A stretch of DNA of 64,000 nt from Sandaracinaceae bacterium. Lineage in GTDB: Bacteria > Myxococcota_A > Polyangia > Polyangiales > Sandaracinaceae. Positions 30,908 to 43,405 of this stretch are shown piece by piece (position 1 is the first letter of the stretch; the number at the start of each line of letters is the position of its first letter). The position numbers and the translations under genes are program-made. The notes under the pieces are model-generated. The model worked only from the letters and a program-made list of their open reading frames with translations, did no database searches and was not told the DNA's origin. The stretch covers positions 1 to 64,000 of the forward strand of contig JBGAQA010000001.1 in NCBI GenBank assembly GCA_044220955.1. The letters run 5' to 3'.

Positions 30908-32329
30908 ATGATTGGACGGATCCGACCCGGGTGGGTGGTCGGGGCGCTGGCGTGTGTCGCGACCCACTGCACCCTGACCAACCGGATCGACGTGTGTGAT
31001 CGACCACGTCCGGCGCCGCACCAGATCAACGTACGGACCGAGGGCGATCAGCTCGTCGCCACCAACCGGGCGCTCGCGCCGATGCCCGACGGACGAGCAC
31101 TGCTCGCCTTCGTCTCCGACGTGTCGGCGAGCGACGTGGACGACGAGGTGCGCGTCCTGCGCATCGACGGCGCCGGGCAGCCGGCGATCACGTGCGAGAA
31201 CGAGCGCGAGTTCACGCTCTGGCCGGACCTCACCCACCCGCAGGACGGCCACCCGATCGCGGGCGTGACGCTCTCGGCGCCCGAGGCGCTCGCCGACGCG
31301 GGCCTGCTGGTGTGGGCGACCTACGAGCCGAGCGACACGTCGTACGCTCCGGAGATCCTCGCGCTGCCCTACGACGGGCGCTCCGGCTGCCTCTTCAACG
31401 GGGCCTCCCGCGCCACGCTCGGGGGGGTACCGGCGGGCGGCCGGTTCACGGATCTGGAGGTCGTCGGCACGGGGACCGACGAGTTCCTCGTGATCTGGTC
31501 CCAGGCTGCGGCCGGCGCGCTGGCCGGACAGTCTTTCGCGCGCGCCTTTCACCTCTCGCTCGGAACGCCGAGCTGGCTGCCGGTGCAGGACGTCTCCGGA
31601 ACGCCCGTGACGAGCGCACCCGCCGAGGTCCGCTTCGGTCCGGGATCGACCCCGCTCTTCGCGGTGACCACGCTGGGAGGCGGCCGGATCGCCATCGCTT
31701 CGCTCGCGTCGCTCACGCTCGAGCCGCAGCTCGCGGTCGTCGACACCGCCATGCGCGTGCTGGTCGCTCCCTTCTCGATCGGCGCCGCCGCCGGGATGGT
31801 GAGCGCGATCGGGCTCGACGTGGACGTCGCGTTCGACGGCTCCCAGCTGCTCGTCGTCTGGTCCACCGCGGACGCGGCCGGACACCGCGAGGTGATGGGC
31901 CGGCTGCTCACGCCCGAGGGCGACTTCCTGCGCGGTCCGCTCTCCCACGCGGCCGAGCCCTTCGTGATCCCCATCGCCGATCCGGACGACCACGTGCTCC
32001 CGAGCATCGCGGCGCTGCCGGGCGGCGGGTTCGCCGTCGCGTGGGTCCGCGAGCAGCCTGGGGCGGGGAGCGCCCCGAACCGGAGCATCGAGCTCGGCGT
32101 GATCACGCCGGCCGGCGATCGCGCGTTCCTCGATCCCTCGTGCGACCGGCGCGAGGTCGCCGCGAGCGGAGCCCTGCCCGGCTCGCACACGCGACCCTCG
32201 ATCGTCGTGCTGCCCGACGGGAGCGTGCTCGTGGCGTGGAGCGCGATCGACGCAGGCGGCGCGGACGTGAGCGGAGCGGCGATCTACGCGGTGGGGATGG
32301 CTTCTCGGGACCTCTTGCCGACGAGATAG
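30908..32329 (+). CDS. Hypothetical lipoprotein, probable beta-propeller
   Basis: Cys-bearing signal; repeated PSIAALPGGGFAVAW / PSIVVLPDGSVLVAW / FLVIW blades; TTGACA at 30869. Confidence 0.7.
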   Translation: MIGRIRPGWVVGALACVATHCTLTNRIDVCDRPRPAPHQINVRTEGDQLVATNRALAPMPDGRALLAFVSDVSASDVDDEVRVLRIDGAGQPAITCENEREFTLWPDLTHPQDGHPIAGVTLSAPEALADAGLLVWATYEPSDTSYAPEILALPYDGRSGCLFNGASRATLGGVPAGGRFTDLEVVGTGTDEFLVIWSQAAAGALAGQSFARAFHLSLGTPSWLPVQDVSGTPVTSAPAEVRFGPGSTPLFAVTTLGGGRIAIASLASLTLEPQLAVVDTAMRVLVAPFSIGAAAGMVSAIGLDVDVAFDGSQLLVVWSTADAAGHREVMGRLLTPEGDFLRGPLSHAAEPFVIPIADPDDHVLPSIAALPGGGFAVAWVREQPGAGSAPNRSIELGVITPAGDRAFLDPSCDRREVAASGALPGSHTRPSIVVLPDGSVLVAWSAIDAGGADVSGAAIYAVGMASRDLLPTR

Positions 32330-32339
32330 GCGGACCCAC

Positions 32340-33074
32340 GTGCGCGGAGACCACAGGCTCGTGTGGGCATCGATGTTCTCGCTCGCTGGCTGCGTCGCGA
32401 GCGGGCCCGTGGCGGATCTCGACGCGCGCGTCACTCGCCGCGACGCCGGCGCACCGATGTGCGCCACGCCGGGGAGCGCGGGCGACGGCGCTCCGTGTCG
32501 CTGCGGCGCGGACTGCGCCGTCGGCGCGGCGTGCTCCACGGAGACCGAGAGCGGCACGCCCGGCGGCGTCTGCCTGCACACGTGCGACCCCACCGTCGCG
32601 ACGAGCTGCGCGACCGGCGCGACCTGCACGGGCCTCTCGAGCATGGGCGCATGCACGCCGAGCTGCACCACACCGAGCGAGTGCCCCGCGGGGCGCGTCT
32701 GCGGTGGCGGGATCTGCCTGCCCTACTGCGCATCGGACGCCGAGTGCGTCGAGACCGGGCACTGCAACCCGTACACGGGGCTCTGCACCGACGGAGCGCC
32801 GCCCACGGGCGCGGGATCGCTCGCGCCCTGCGTGCGCCCCGACGACTGCGCGTCGGGCTTCTGCGATCCGGGCCTGCATCGCTGCGGCACCTCGTGCTCT
32901 CTCTCCCGCGGCGGCTGTCCGGGTGACGAGATCTGCGTCGAGGACGCGGACCTCGGCGACGACCTCGGCGTCTGCACGCTGCGCTGCTCGTCCACCGGCG
33001 AGTGCCCGATGGCGGGCCTGCGCTGCGTCCTGACCAGCATCCCCTCCGGGACCGCCCGGGTCTGCGTCCCTTGA
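32340..33074 (+). CDS. Cys-rich lipoprotein A
   Basis: SLAGC lipobox; CxxxxEC/DC repeats. Confidence 0.75.
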   Translation: MRGDHRLVWASMFSLAGCVASGPVADLDARVTRRDAGAPMCATPGSAGDGAPCRCGADCAVGAACSTETESGTPGGVCLHTCDPTVATSCATGATCTGLSSMGACTPSCTTPSECPAGRVCGGGICLPYCASDAECVETGHCNPYTGLCTDGAPPTGAGSLAPCVRPDDCASGFCDPGLHRCGTSCSLSRGGCPGDEICVEDADLGDDLGVCTLRCSSTGECPMAGLRCVLTSIPSGTARVCVP

Positions 33075-33101
33075 GTCCACGTCCTGCCGAGGAGATCCAC
33101 C

Positions 33102-33803
33102 ATGCGTAGCTCGACGTTGCTCTTCCCCGCGCTCGTGCTCGTCGCCTGCGCCGCGGAGCCGCCTCCGCCCGGCGCCGACGCCGGATCCGACGCGTCCTCC
33201 GCGCCCGACACCGGGCCCGCGTGTGGCACCGGCGCGGACGTGCCGGACGGCTGGCCCTGTCACTGTGACACCGAGTGCACCGCGGGCGCCGTGTGCAACG
33301 CGGAGTCGCTCGAGGGACAGCCCGGCGGCTCGTGCGTGCGCCTGTGCAGCGCGACCATGTCGTGCAGCGCCGGCGCCGTCTGCCACACGGCGACCGGACG
33401 CTGCCGCGCCGCCTGCACGACGCTCGCGGACTGCCCGCGCGGCCGCTACTGCACGAACGGCGAGTGCCGCGTCCTCTGCGTCGACGACTCGGAGTGCGAC
33501 TCGGGGATGTGCAACCCGTGGTCGGGCCTCTGCGTGACGAGCCCCCCGACCGGCGCCGGCGTCTTCGGTGCATGCACGCAGCACTCCGACTGCCGCGGCG
33601 GGTTCTGCTACATGGGGTTCTGTCCGGTGTTCTGCCGTGAAGACACGCCGGTCTGTCCGGACGGATCCACGTGCTTCGTCACCGGCGGCGGGGACGGGAT
33701 CTGCAGCTGGCCGTGTCCCGGCGGCACCTGCACGCAGGCCGGGCTCGAGTGCGTCAGCGTCTCGGGCGAGCCCTGGTGCTTGCCGCCCGGGTTCGGCGCG
33801 TGA
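33102..33803 (+). CDS. Cys-rich lipoprotein B (paralog of A)
   Basis: SD GAGGAG; LVAC lipobox; shares GxCNPxxGLC...PPTGAG...DCxxGFC with the upstream gene. Confidence 0.8.
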   Translation: MRSSTLLFPALVLVACAAEPPPPGADAGSDASSAPDTGPACGTGADVPDGWPCHCDTECTAGAVCNAESLEGQPGGSCVRLCSATMSCSAGAVCHTATGRCRAACTTLADCPRGRYCTNGECRVLCVDDSECDSGMCNPWSGLCVTSPPTGAGVFGACTQHSDCRGGFCYMGFCPVFCREDTPVCPDGSTCFVTGGGDGICSWPCPGGTCTQAGLECVSVSGEPWCLPPGFGA

Positions 33804-35071
33804 GCGTGCGCGCCGCAGCGCTCTTCGTCCTCGTCGTCGCGCTCGCGAGCGCCACGGGCGGCGTCGTGCGCGCAGACGACGCTTCGGAGGCGCAGCTCCA
33901 CCACGACCTCGGGATGGAGCTCTTCGGTCAGCACCGCTACGCCGAGGCGCTCGATCACTTCATCGCGTCCAACCGCCTCGTACCGAACCGCAACGTGGTC
34001 TTCAACATCGCGGCGATCTACCGCGCGCTCCACCACCCGCGCGACGCGTACAACTGGCTCGAGATCTACCTCCACGACTTCGACCTGAGCGAGACCGAGC
34101 GCCGCGAAGGAACCGAGCTGCGTGATCAGATCGGCGCGGCGCTCGCGGTGGTGGACGTGGAGAGTGATCCTCCGGGCGCGACCATCTACGTCGACCGGGC
34201 GGAGCTCGGCGCCCTCGGCGTGGCACCGCGCCGCGTCGCGCTCGAGGCCGGCCATCACACGCTGATCCTGCAGGCCCCCGGCCGACACGAGGCGCGGGCG
34301 GAGGTCGAAGCGACGTCCGGTCACGTCGTCGGCGCCAGCGTGAGCCTCTCGGCGATCACCGGGCACCTCGTCGTCCGGACCGAGCCGGCGGGCGCGGCGG
34401 TGCGCATCGAGGGCAGCGACGCGGCCCTCGGCGTCACACCGCTCGAGGTGGACCTACCCGTCGGCGACGTCTTGCTGGAGATCCGCCTCGCGGGCTTCGG
34501 CGACGAGCGCCGGAGCGTGCTCCTCGAGGACGGCGCCACCGCGACGGTCGAGCTCACGCTGCAGCACGACGCCTCGACGCTCGCGATCCTGTCGGCCGTG
34601 ACGAGCCCCGAGGGCGCCGAGCTGATCCTCGACGGCCAGCCGATCGGCGTCGGGCCGCTGACGCTCGAGGGCGTCGCGCCCGGAACCCACCACCTGGAGG
34701 TGCGGGCTCCCGGCCACGACCCGTGGAGCGTGGACGCCCTCTTCGAGGCGGGCGCCGCCACGCGTGTGCGCGCGACGCTACGCGATCCGCAGGGCGGGCC
34801 TCCGGAGGCGATCGCCATCACGGGATACGTGCTGGGCGCGGCCATCGCCGCCGCAGCGATCGGAACGGCCGTCGCGGGCCTGCTCGCGCGAGACGCGTTC
34901 TTCGCTGCCGCCAACCCGACCCGCGCCGACTACGACATGGTCGGCACGCTCAACCTGGCCGCGGACGTCCTCGGAGCGCTGGGCGCTGCCGTGCTCGTGG
35001 GGACGTTCGTCTTCGATCTCTCGACCGGCCCGCCGCCCCCCTCGAGCGGCACGTTCGACCTCGAGCGTTGA
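33800..35071 (+). CDS. TPR + triple PEGA domain membrane protein
   Basis: GTGA overlap; N-terminal TPR; VESDPPGATIYVD, VRTEPAGAAVRIEG and TSPEGAELILDG PEGA starts; two C-terminal TMs. Confidence 0.85.
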   Translation: MSVRAAALFVLVVALASATGGVVRADDASEAQLHHDLGMELFGQHRYAEALDHFIASNRLVPNRNVVFNIAAIYRALHHPRDAYNWLEIYLHDFDLSETERREGTELRDQIGAALAVVDVESDPPGATIYVDRAELGALGVAPRRVALEAGHHTLILQAPGRHEARAEVEATSGHVVGASVSLSAITGHLVVRTEPAGAAVRIEGSDAALGVTPLEVDLPVGDVLLEIRLAGFGDERRSVLLEDGATATVELTLQHDASTLAILSAVTSPEGAELILDGQPIGVGPLTLEGVAPGTHHLEVRAPGHDPWSVDALFEAGAATRVRATLRDPQGGPPEAIAITGYVLGAAIAAAAIGTAVAGLLARDAFFAAANPTRADYDMVGTLNLAADVLGALGAAVLVGTFVFDLSTGPPPPSSGTFDLER

Positions 35072-35125
35072 GCCGCGGAACGCGGCCCGCGTGTGGGCCC
35101 GCGTGCTCGGACACTCCGGCCCCGA

Positions 35126-36718
<1,593 letters not shown>

Positions 36719-36772
36719 CGCGGCGCGAGCATACCAGAGGCGCGCGCCTGCATGGGCGGCCTGGGCGTCCGC

Positions 36773-37741
36773 TCACGGCCCTGCGCCGGAGACGAGCGCG
36801 AGCGCGCGCAGCGCCGCGGCGAGCTCGGTGAACGTCGCCTGCGTGTCGGCCGTCACCATCGATCCCACGGCGGCGACGCGCGCGACGGAGAGCGGATGCG
36901 CGAGACCGAGCGCCGCCACGAGGGGGTTCTGCGCGATCAGCGCGAGCTCCGCGCCGGCGACCACGGCCACTGGCGCGGCGAGCGCGGCGGACGGGAAGTC
37001 CAGCTCGAGGTGGATCGCTGCGCCCTGCCCCGCGCGCTCGACCGTCGCGCGCGCGGCGGTCGCCCCGAGATCCGCGAGGACCGGCGGCGGCGAGGTCGTC
37101 TCCGCGCGCACCAGCTCTCCCTCGGGCACGACGAGCCCCGGCTCGATGATGTCGGTATCCGCCTCGCGCCGCGCCGCGTGATCGCGCGCGGCGACGAGGA
37201 TCGCGCCGCGCTCGTCGTCGGGCGCGATGACCGCCTCGTGCGCGGCGCTCAGCAGGATCGCGTGGGGCGTCTCGCGCGAGAGCTCGCCGGGAAGCAGCGC
37301 CGACACGAGCCCCTGGCTCTCGCGCCACGCGAGCGGCTCGCCCCGCTCGCCCGCGATCCGCGCGAGGAGCGCCCGCGCGGCGGCCAAGCCCTCGTGGTGG
37401 CGGAGCACGACGCGCCAGCGCGGCGCGACGGGACCGCCGCGCCAGGACGAGATGCTCGAGGTCGTCGTCACCATCGCGTCGAGGTCGCGTATCGGGTCGA
37501 ACGACGCGGTGCTCGCCAGGCGCTCGAAGAGCGGCGAGCCGCGCCAGAGCGTCGAGACGTCGCCCGCGATGGGGGTCGCTCGGATCGCGGCGCAGTCGAC
37601 GCGGAGCAAGAAGGCGCGCGGGACGTGGAGGTAGGTCGCGACCGGGCCCGAGGGGCCTGGGCGAGCGGGGGGAGGCGCCGGGGCGGCCGCGCCGCACGCC
37701 GTGAGCGCGAGGGCGAGGGCGAGAGCGAGGGCGAGGCGCAC
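36773..37741 (-). CDS. Hypothetical lipoprotein
   Basis: MRLALALALALALTAC lipobox. Confidence 0.7.
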   Translation of the reverse strand: MRLALALALALALTACGAAAPAPPPARPGPSGPVATYLHVPRAFLLRVDCAAIRATPIAGDVSTLWRGSPLFERLASTASFDPIRDLDAMVTTTSSISSWRGGPVAPRWRVVLRHHEGLAAARALLARIAGERGEPLAWRESQGLVSALLPGELSRETPHAILLSAAHEAVIAPDDERGAILVAARDHAARREADTDIIEPGLVVPEGELVRAETTSPPPVLADLGATAARATVERAGQGAAIHLELDFPSAALAAPVAVVAGAELALIAQNPLVAALGLAHPLSVARVAAVGSMVTADTQATFTELAAALRALALVSGAGP

Positions 37742-37758
37742 GAGGATCGGGGTAGCAC

Positions 37759-37786
37759 GAGCGAGAGCGAGAGCGAGAGCGAGAGC
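37759..37786 (-). repeat. Hexanucleotide repeat (GCTCTC) x about 4.7, same unit as 13276-13335
   Basis: Plus strand (GAGCGA)4-GAGC, immediately after the stop of the RsmI-like gene. Confidence 0.9.
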
Positions 37787-38839
37787 TCAGCCCGGCGGGA
37801 AGATCACGATCACGATGCGGCACGCAGCGATGGACGGGGGCGCGACCGACACCTCCGGGCTCCACACGACGCACTCCTCGGTCGGCGCGGTGAGGTCGCC
37901 GAGCAAGCTCATCGACGCACGCACCGCGCGCGCGGCCGTCCCGAGCCGCACGCCGTTCTCCGCGATCCACCCATCGCTCGCGAAGAGCACCAGCGGCCGG
38001 CGGGCCTGCGCGATGCGCGCGAGCTCCTCGAAGATCGCCTCGTCGTCGGGACCGGCCAGACCGAGGAACGTGAACGCGTGGATCGGCCGCTCGACCCGCA
38101 TCAGCGCCATCCCGAGCACCGAGGGACCGCCCACCGCGCGCACGCGCATGGCGGGGCGCGCGAGCGCGGCGGCCTCGATCAGCGCGCGACCGGGATCGGC
38201 GAACCCCGGGATGCCTTCCTCGGCGCCGAACACGCACGCGTCCTGGCCGCGCGCGGCGATCGCGCTCAGGCGCGCGGCCAGCACCGCGGGAGGCTCGTCG
38301 CCGATCTCGACGACCTCCTTGCCCGCGTGGGCGACGCCGAGCCCCGCGAGCAGCTCCACCGCCGCAGAAGCCTTGCCGGGCTCCACGAGCCACGCCCCCG
38401 CCGTCGCGAGCACCGCGAGCCCACGCGCAGACACGTCGCGCGGCTCGCCGAGGTGCCCGGGAACGAGCCAGAGCGTGGGCGCCGCGGTGGCCGCCGGAGC
38501 CATCGAGCGGGCCTGCACGCCCGCCGGCGCCGCGACGAGGTGGTCGTTGCGCTTCAGCGCACGGACGAGCGTCACGACCGCGCGCGCCGCCGAGTCCGGC
38601 AGGAACATGGGCTGGTGGCTCTGGAGCAGCACGTTCAGGTGAGCCGTCCGCGCGAAGGCCTTCTGCCCCTCGTCGCGCGCCTCGACGTAGAGCATCACCT
38701 CGTCCTTGTGCCCCTCCAGCGTGAACAGCGCGCCCGAGCGCTCCGGCAGTGCCTTGCCGAGGGACCACCCTTCACCCACCGGCTGCCCCACGGCGAGCGG
38801 CGCGATCAGCGCGCGCACGAGCTCGGGCGGCCAGGGCAT
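37787..38839 (-). CDS. Divergent RsmI-like (tetrapyrrole methylase fold) protein with extra N-terminal domain
   Basis: LWLVPGHLGEPRDVSARGLAVL, EEGIPGFADPG, VGGPSVL and FTFLG align with RsmI motifs; about 115 aa unassigned N-terminus. Confidence 0.7.
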   Translation of the reverse strand: MPWPPELVRALIAPLAVGQPVGEGWSLGKALPERSGALFTLEGHKDEVMLYVEARDEGQKAFARTAHLNVLLQSHQPMFLPDSAARAVVTLVRALKRNDHLVAAPAGVQARSMAPAATAAPTLWLVPGHLGEPRDVSARGLAVLATAGAWLVEPGKASAAVELLAGLGVAHAGKEVVEIGDEPPAVLAARLSAIAARGQDACVFGAEEGIPGFADPGRALIEAAALARPAMRVRAVGGPSVLGMALMRVERPIHAFTFLGLAGPDDEAIFEELARIAQARRPLVLFASDGWIAENGVRLGTAARAVRASMSLLGDLTAPTEECVVWSPEVSVAPPSIAACRIVIVIFPPG

Positions 38840-38906
38840 CGCGCGATGGTCGGAGATCCGAGCGTCGGGGTCCAGCGTGCGCGAGCCCCGCGGCGGGGCG
38901 GTTCGC

Positions 38907-40268
38907 TCACGGCGCGGGCTCGATGGGCAGGCTCCGGAGGTCGATGCGGATCGCGGCGCGCACGGGCGAGCCGCTGCCTGCGCTGTGCCAGCCGAAGGTC
39001 ACCACCTCGCTCTGCGAGACCCAAATCGGGTTGTCCAGCAACCCCCAGCGCGTCCCGTCCGCGCTCGCCGGCGGCACCGCGAACCGGCGCTGGGTGCCGT
39101 CGGCCAGCGAGATCGCGGCGACGAACTGGCCCGAGGTGGAGCTGTTCACGTAAGCGTAGGTTCCGTCGCCGATCGCGGCACAGGTCGTCGACGCGCACGA
39201 GCCGAGGTCGTCCCGCACGCGTCGCGGCGCGAACCGCGCCATGCTCGTCTCGAACGGTGCAGTCCACAGCTCGTTGAGCGGGAAAGACGTGTGGGTGGGA
39301 TCGTCGGGGCCTTCGCGCCACACGATGTCGGTGGCGTCGGCTTCCAGGCCGTAGACATGCATGCCCGGCCGGGTGGAGGGGTAGAGCGGCTGGCGGCCCT
39401 CGTCGAGACTGACGACGTCGAACCCCGCGGTGCTCTCGGCGCTGGCCCGGAGCCCCAGCACGTAGTGACCGACGACCACCGGCTCCGCGCCTATCTCCGG
39501 GAACATCGCCCAGCGCGGCGGCTCCGCGACGAGAACGGCGGTGGTGGTGTCGATCGCGAAGGTCGTCTCGCTCGCGCTCGGCGACTGGACGAGATCGGCG
39601 TTGGTGATCACGCCGGACGGGACCTGCCAGAGCCCATCCACGAGCGGAGTCAGGTCGGACCAGCTTGCGAGCCCGATGAAGTCGTCGTGCCCCACGCCCG
39701 AGAACCAGTAGGCCGCATCGACGCCAACGGTCGTGCGATTGACGGTCGTGTCGGGACTACATAGGTCCGAGCGCCACGCGAACACCGCTTCATCGTCGTG
39801 GACGATCACGTAGTAGATGATCTCGACTCGGTCTGGATCTTCCAGGATCCACACCATCGCGCCGCGCGCATCGGTCCCTCCGTGGTTGGGAGCCACGCGA
39901 AGGAGCGGCGCGGCGGCGTGGTCGACCACGGTCCACTCACACACCGAGAGTGATCCGGGGCAGCGCTCCCAGTGGAACGCGAGCACGGCCTGCGGCTGTA
40001 GCGCGTACTGGAGACAGTCGCTCGGGAAGCCCGGGATCGAGGTCCAGCCCGGATCGTCCGGAGGCAGCGACGGCACCCTCGCGTCGTGGACCGAGCGCCA
40101 GGCGTCGTCCTCGCTCGCATCGTGGCCGCCGTCACGGCCGGCATCCCGGCCCGCCTCGCGCCCGCCGTCGGTCCCCGCGTCGGACAGAGACGCGTCGTCG
40201 CCCGGCGCGCCGCTACAGGCGACGGCCACGCTGAAGGCAGCAATGAGGACGCGGGCGCGCATGGACAC
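38907..40268 (-). CDS. Hypothetical lipoprotein (DAG linker plus beta-rich domain)
   Basis: VAVAC lipobox; starts 9 nt after the protease stop. Confidence 0.7.
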   Translation of the reverse strand: MSMRARVLIAAFSVAVACSGAPGDDASLSDAGTDGGREAGRDAGRDGGHDASEDDAWRSVHDARVPSLPPDDPGWTSIPGFPSDCLQYALQPQAVLAFHWERCPGSLSVCEWTVVDHAAAPLLRVAPNHGGTDARGAMVWILEDPDRVEIIYYVIVHDDEAVFAWRSDLCSPDTTVNRTTVGVDAAYWFSGVGHDDFIGLASWSDLTPLVDGLWQVPSGVITNADLVQSPSASETTFAIDTTTAVLVAEPPRWAMFPEIGAEPVVVGHYVLGLRASAESTAGFDVVSLDEGRQPLYPSTRPGMHVYGLEADATDIVWREGPDDPTHTSFPLNELWTAPFETSMARFAPRRVRDDLGSCASTTCAAIGDGTYAYVNSSTSGQFVAAISLADGTQRRFAVPPASADGTRWGLLDNPIWVSQSEVVTFGWHSAGSGSPVRAAIRIDLRSLPIEPAP

Positions 40269-40277
40269 CAGCGTCGC

Positions 40278-43200
40278 TCAGAACGTCTCGCCGCAGTCGT
40301 CGCGGTCCGCGTCGACGCGCGACGTGATCGGGTAGTGGCGAACCTCGACGTGCGTCCGGAGATCCACCGCGAGCCCGATGTCGAAAGGACCCGCATACAG
40401 CATCGTCGAGCCGACCGCACCGTCGCCCGAGCCGATCCGTCGGACGTGGACCTCGTCCCAAGCATCACGATGGCGCCCAGGCGCATGGTGCTCGATGCTC
40501 AGCCGCGCCACGACGTGCCGCCGCGCGGATCCGCTCGCGCCCACGAAGAGCTGGCCGTCCGGCCCGGCGCCGAGCGCGAAGCGTGTGTTCCGGCTCGTGC
40601 GCGGCCAACTCGCGAGCACCGTCGCGCCGTCCGAACTCGGGTCGACCGACACGAGCCGTACGACCGGCACGGGCCTGCCGCGTCCGCGATCCGAAGGCAG
40701 CGTATCCAGCACGAACAGGCGATTGCCGATCACGTCATACGTCGCGGCCAGGGGCTCCCCGAGCGCCACGTCGTCGATCGGGACGCTCCGGCGTACACCG
40801 TCGTCGAGGTCGATCGCGGACACCTGCGAGTCGATCACGAAGAGCTCGCCGCGCGAGGCCGACAGCACGAACACGGGCTGGGGCGCCGCGACGGCGGCTC
40901 GCGTAGACACGAGCGCTTGGGGGAAGCAGTTGCTCGGCCCGTTGCCGGGAGGACAGCCAGGGTTGAACCCTTCGGGCGCGAACCCGAACGGTGTCTGCCG
41001 GAGCACGCTCGCGATCTGGGATCCGTCGGACGCGATGCCCACGAAGCGGAGCGTCTGATCCGAGCGCAAGAGCGTGACTGGCTCCGCGAGCGCCGTCCAG
41101 CTCAGGTCCGTCGCGGTGAGCGGGGGATCGCTCGGGAAGACGGAGGCCGCTGGGATCGCGCCCACATCTGTGTACTGCAGCGCCAGCACGGGCGCAGGGA
41201 GGCCCGCGAACGTCGCGGGCACGAACCAGGGCCACTCCCCGAGCGGGGGGCAGATCGGCCCCAGGCTCGGCAGGCTCCGGCGGCAATCCGGGACGGGTAG
41301 CGTGCGGCACCCAGGAGGGATCGGTCCGGTGGGCGGGCACGCCGGGCCGCTCGGCGGAGTCACGGACAAGGGCGCGACCTGGCCGGAGCGGTAGTGACTG
41401 CGCAGAGCGCGGGTCGCCGGATCCGGGCTCGATGCACACAGGAGCGGCAGGCGGCAGTCGTGAGGCGAGTGCGTCCAGAGCACGCCTGGTACCGGCTCCG
41501 TGCTCGTCGGGGTTGTGTCGCCATACGCGAGGGCCGCCCAGCGCGGGATGTCGGCCTCCCACAGCTGCCAGTCGAAGGTCGGCGGCACCGACGGGCTCCT
41601 CCCCGTCGCCCCAGGCCCGAGTGGCAGTGAGCGATAGGTCACGAGGTCGGCCGCGGCGTCGGCGCGGAGACTCGTGATGTGACGCCAGGGTTGCAACAGC
41701 GAGTCGTCGGCAGGCTGATCAAACAACGTCTGCACCTGGTTGCGGACTCGCATGTCCGCGACGACACAGCCGGCGCTGGCCTGACACTCCGCCCGGAGCG
41801 TGTGACTTCCGTCGTGCCCAACGTCGTCCGCAGCAACGGGGCAGCGGCAATACCGGAAGCCCGTCGGACCGACGACGGAGGCCCCGGCGACGATGGGATC
41901 CAGCCGGATGGTCGTCGGCTCGAGCGTCGTGCTGCCGGTCCTCACGAGGTCGAGGTACGTGCGCGCGCACGGGATCGGATCGCACTGATCGCCAAGCGCT
42001 ACGCCCAGCGATCCGGTGCAGTCGGCGCTGGTGGGATCACATCGGTCCGCCGCGAGCTCGGCGTCGAGGTTGCAATTCATCTGGTCGGGGTTGAACGAGT
42101 CGCTGGCTTCGCCAGTGGCGGGTGGCGCGCAGTTGTCGCACGCATCGCCGACTCCGTCTCCGTCGCGGTCGGCCTGATCGGGGTCGTAGACGAGCGGGCA
42201 GTCGTCGTGGCCCAGATCCTCGCGCAATCCGTCGCCGTCCTGGTCGCCGGGCTGTTCCCTGTGCGTCGCGGGGTAGTCTGCCGGGCCGACGAACCATCCG
42301 CGCGCCGAGCGATCGGTGCTCAGGAAGCACCCGTTCGGGCCGGAGCAGTGCAAGACTTGGTCGGTGAGCGTCCGTACGTCGGCGTCCCAGACCGGCCGAC
42401 TGCCGAGCACGTTCGGGTTGAAGGTAACCTGGCCGGCATCGGTGCCGACGCCCGCATCGGGCCGGAAGTTGCGCTGCTCGGTGGCGACCGTGACGAGCGA
42501 GATCGCGCTGTCCGGATCGCCGGAGTAGAACGGCGAGCCGGAGTCGCCGAGCGCGACGCTCAAGAAAACGCTGGTCGCGTCGTCGCCGAAGCTCGTGAAG
42601 TCGCCTCGCCCGACCAGCGTTCCCCCGAGCGCGGGTCCGACAGCGCCGAAGGTGACGTCCGCGTAGACGCGACCACGGCCGCGGTTCGCGCGAGCCACGA
42701 CCCCGCCGTCCACGCCCGGAGCTCCGGCATCGACCCGGACGGGGTCGTGCTCGATGTTCACCCAGCGCAGCGGCGTCGGCGTCCCGTTCGCGATCGGTGT
42801 CTCGTCGCGCACACCCGCCGGGGTCGCGGAGATCGTCGTCGCTTGCACGGGGGCATCGACGCGACGATCGAGCAGGAGCAGCTCCCAGTCGAGGCTCGTC
42901 GCCTCCCCCGGAAACAGGTCCATGTCGGTGCACGGCGGCGCCGCCGTCGCGTCGAGACGCAGCGCGTGCTGATGCGCGAGGCACCTGAGCACACCGACCT
43001 GCCCCGGGTCGGTGATGGGCGTCGCGCCGAAGTCGGTGAACGCCTGACCGAACGCGACGCGGTCGGGCGACCCACAGTGAGCAGCGCTCGCCACGACGCG
43101 CGGCGTGATGAGGATGCCGCCGCAGGTGCCGGCGAGGCGGATGAGCGCACCCGACGTCTCGTCGCGGCGCTCGGGGCTGTGCGTCCGCACCACCGCGTCG

Positions 43201-43405
43201 CGCACCGACTGCGCGGACGTGGTCGGGGCGATGTCGGGCGGCAGGCCACCGTCCGGAAGCGTTCCGCCATCCGGGAGGAGACCCACGATGTTCTCGCGGT
43301 CGACCGCCGTCTGCTCCACCGTCTCACAGCCGACGAAAAGGGTCGTCGCTCCGGAGCAAGACAGACAGACAGACAGACAGACAGGACCAGGGCTCGGTCG
43401 CGCAT
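40278..43405 (-). CDS. Trypsin-like serine protease with thrombospondin type-3 repeats, lipoprotein; SD-led start currently frameshifted by an SSR
   Basis: SAAHC, DWELL, GDSGSP triad; DQDGDG...DDCP...DQADRDGDGVGDACDNC. GGAGG-N6-ATG at 43405 is out of frame with the body of ORF 40278..43448. Confidence 0.8.
43359..43383 (-). repeat. Tetranucleotide SSR (TGTC)6 in the protease signal-peptide coding region
   Basis: Plus strand (AGAC)6 read directly. Confidence 0.95.
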
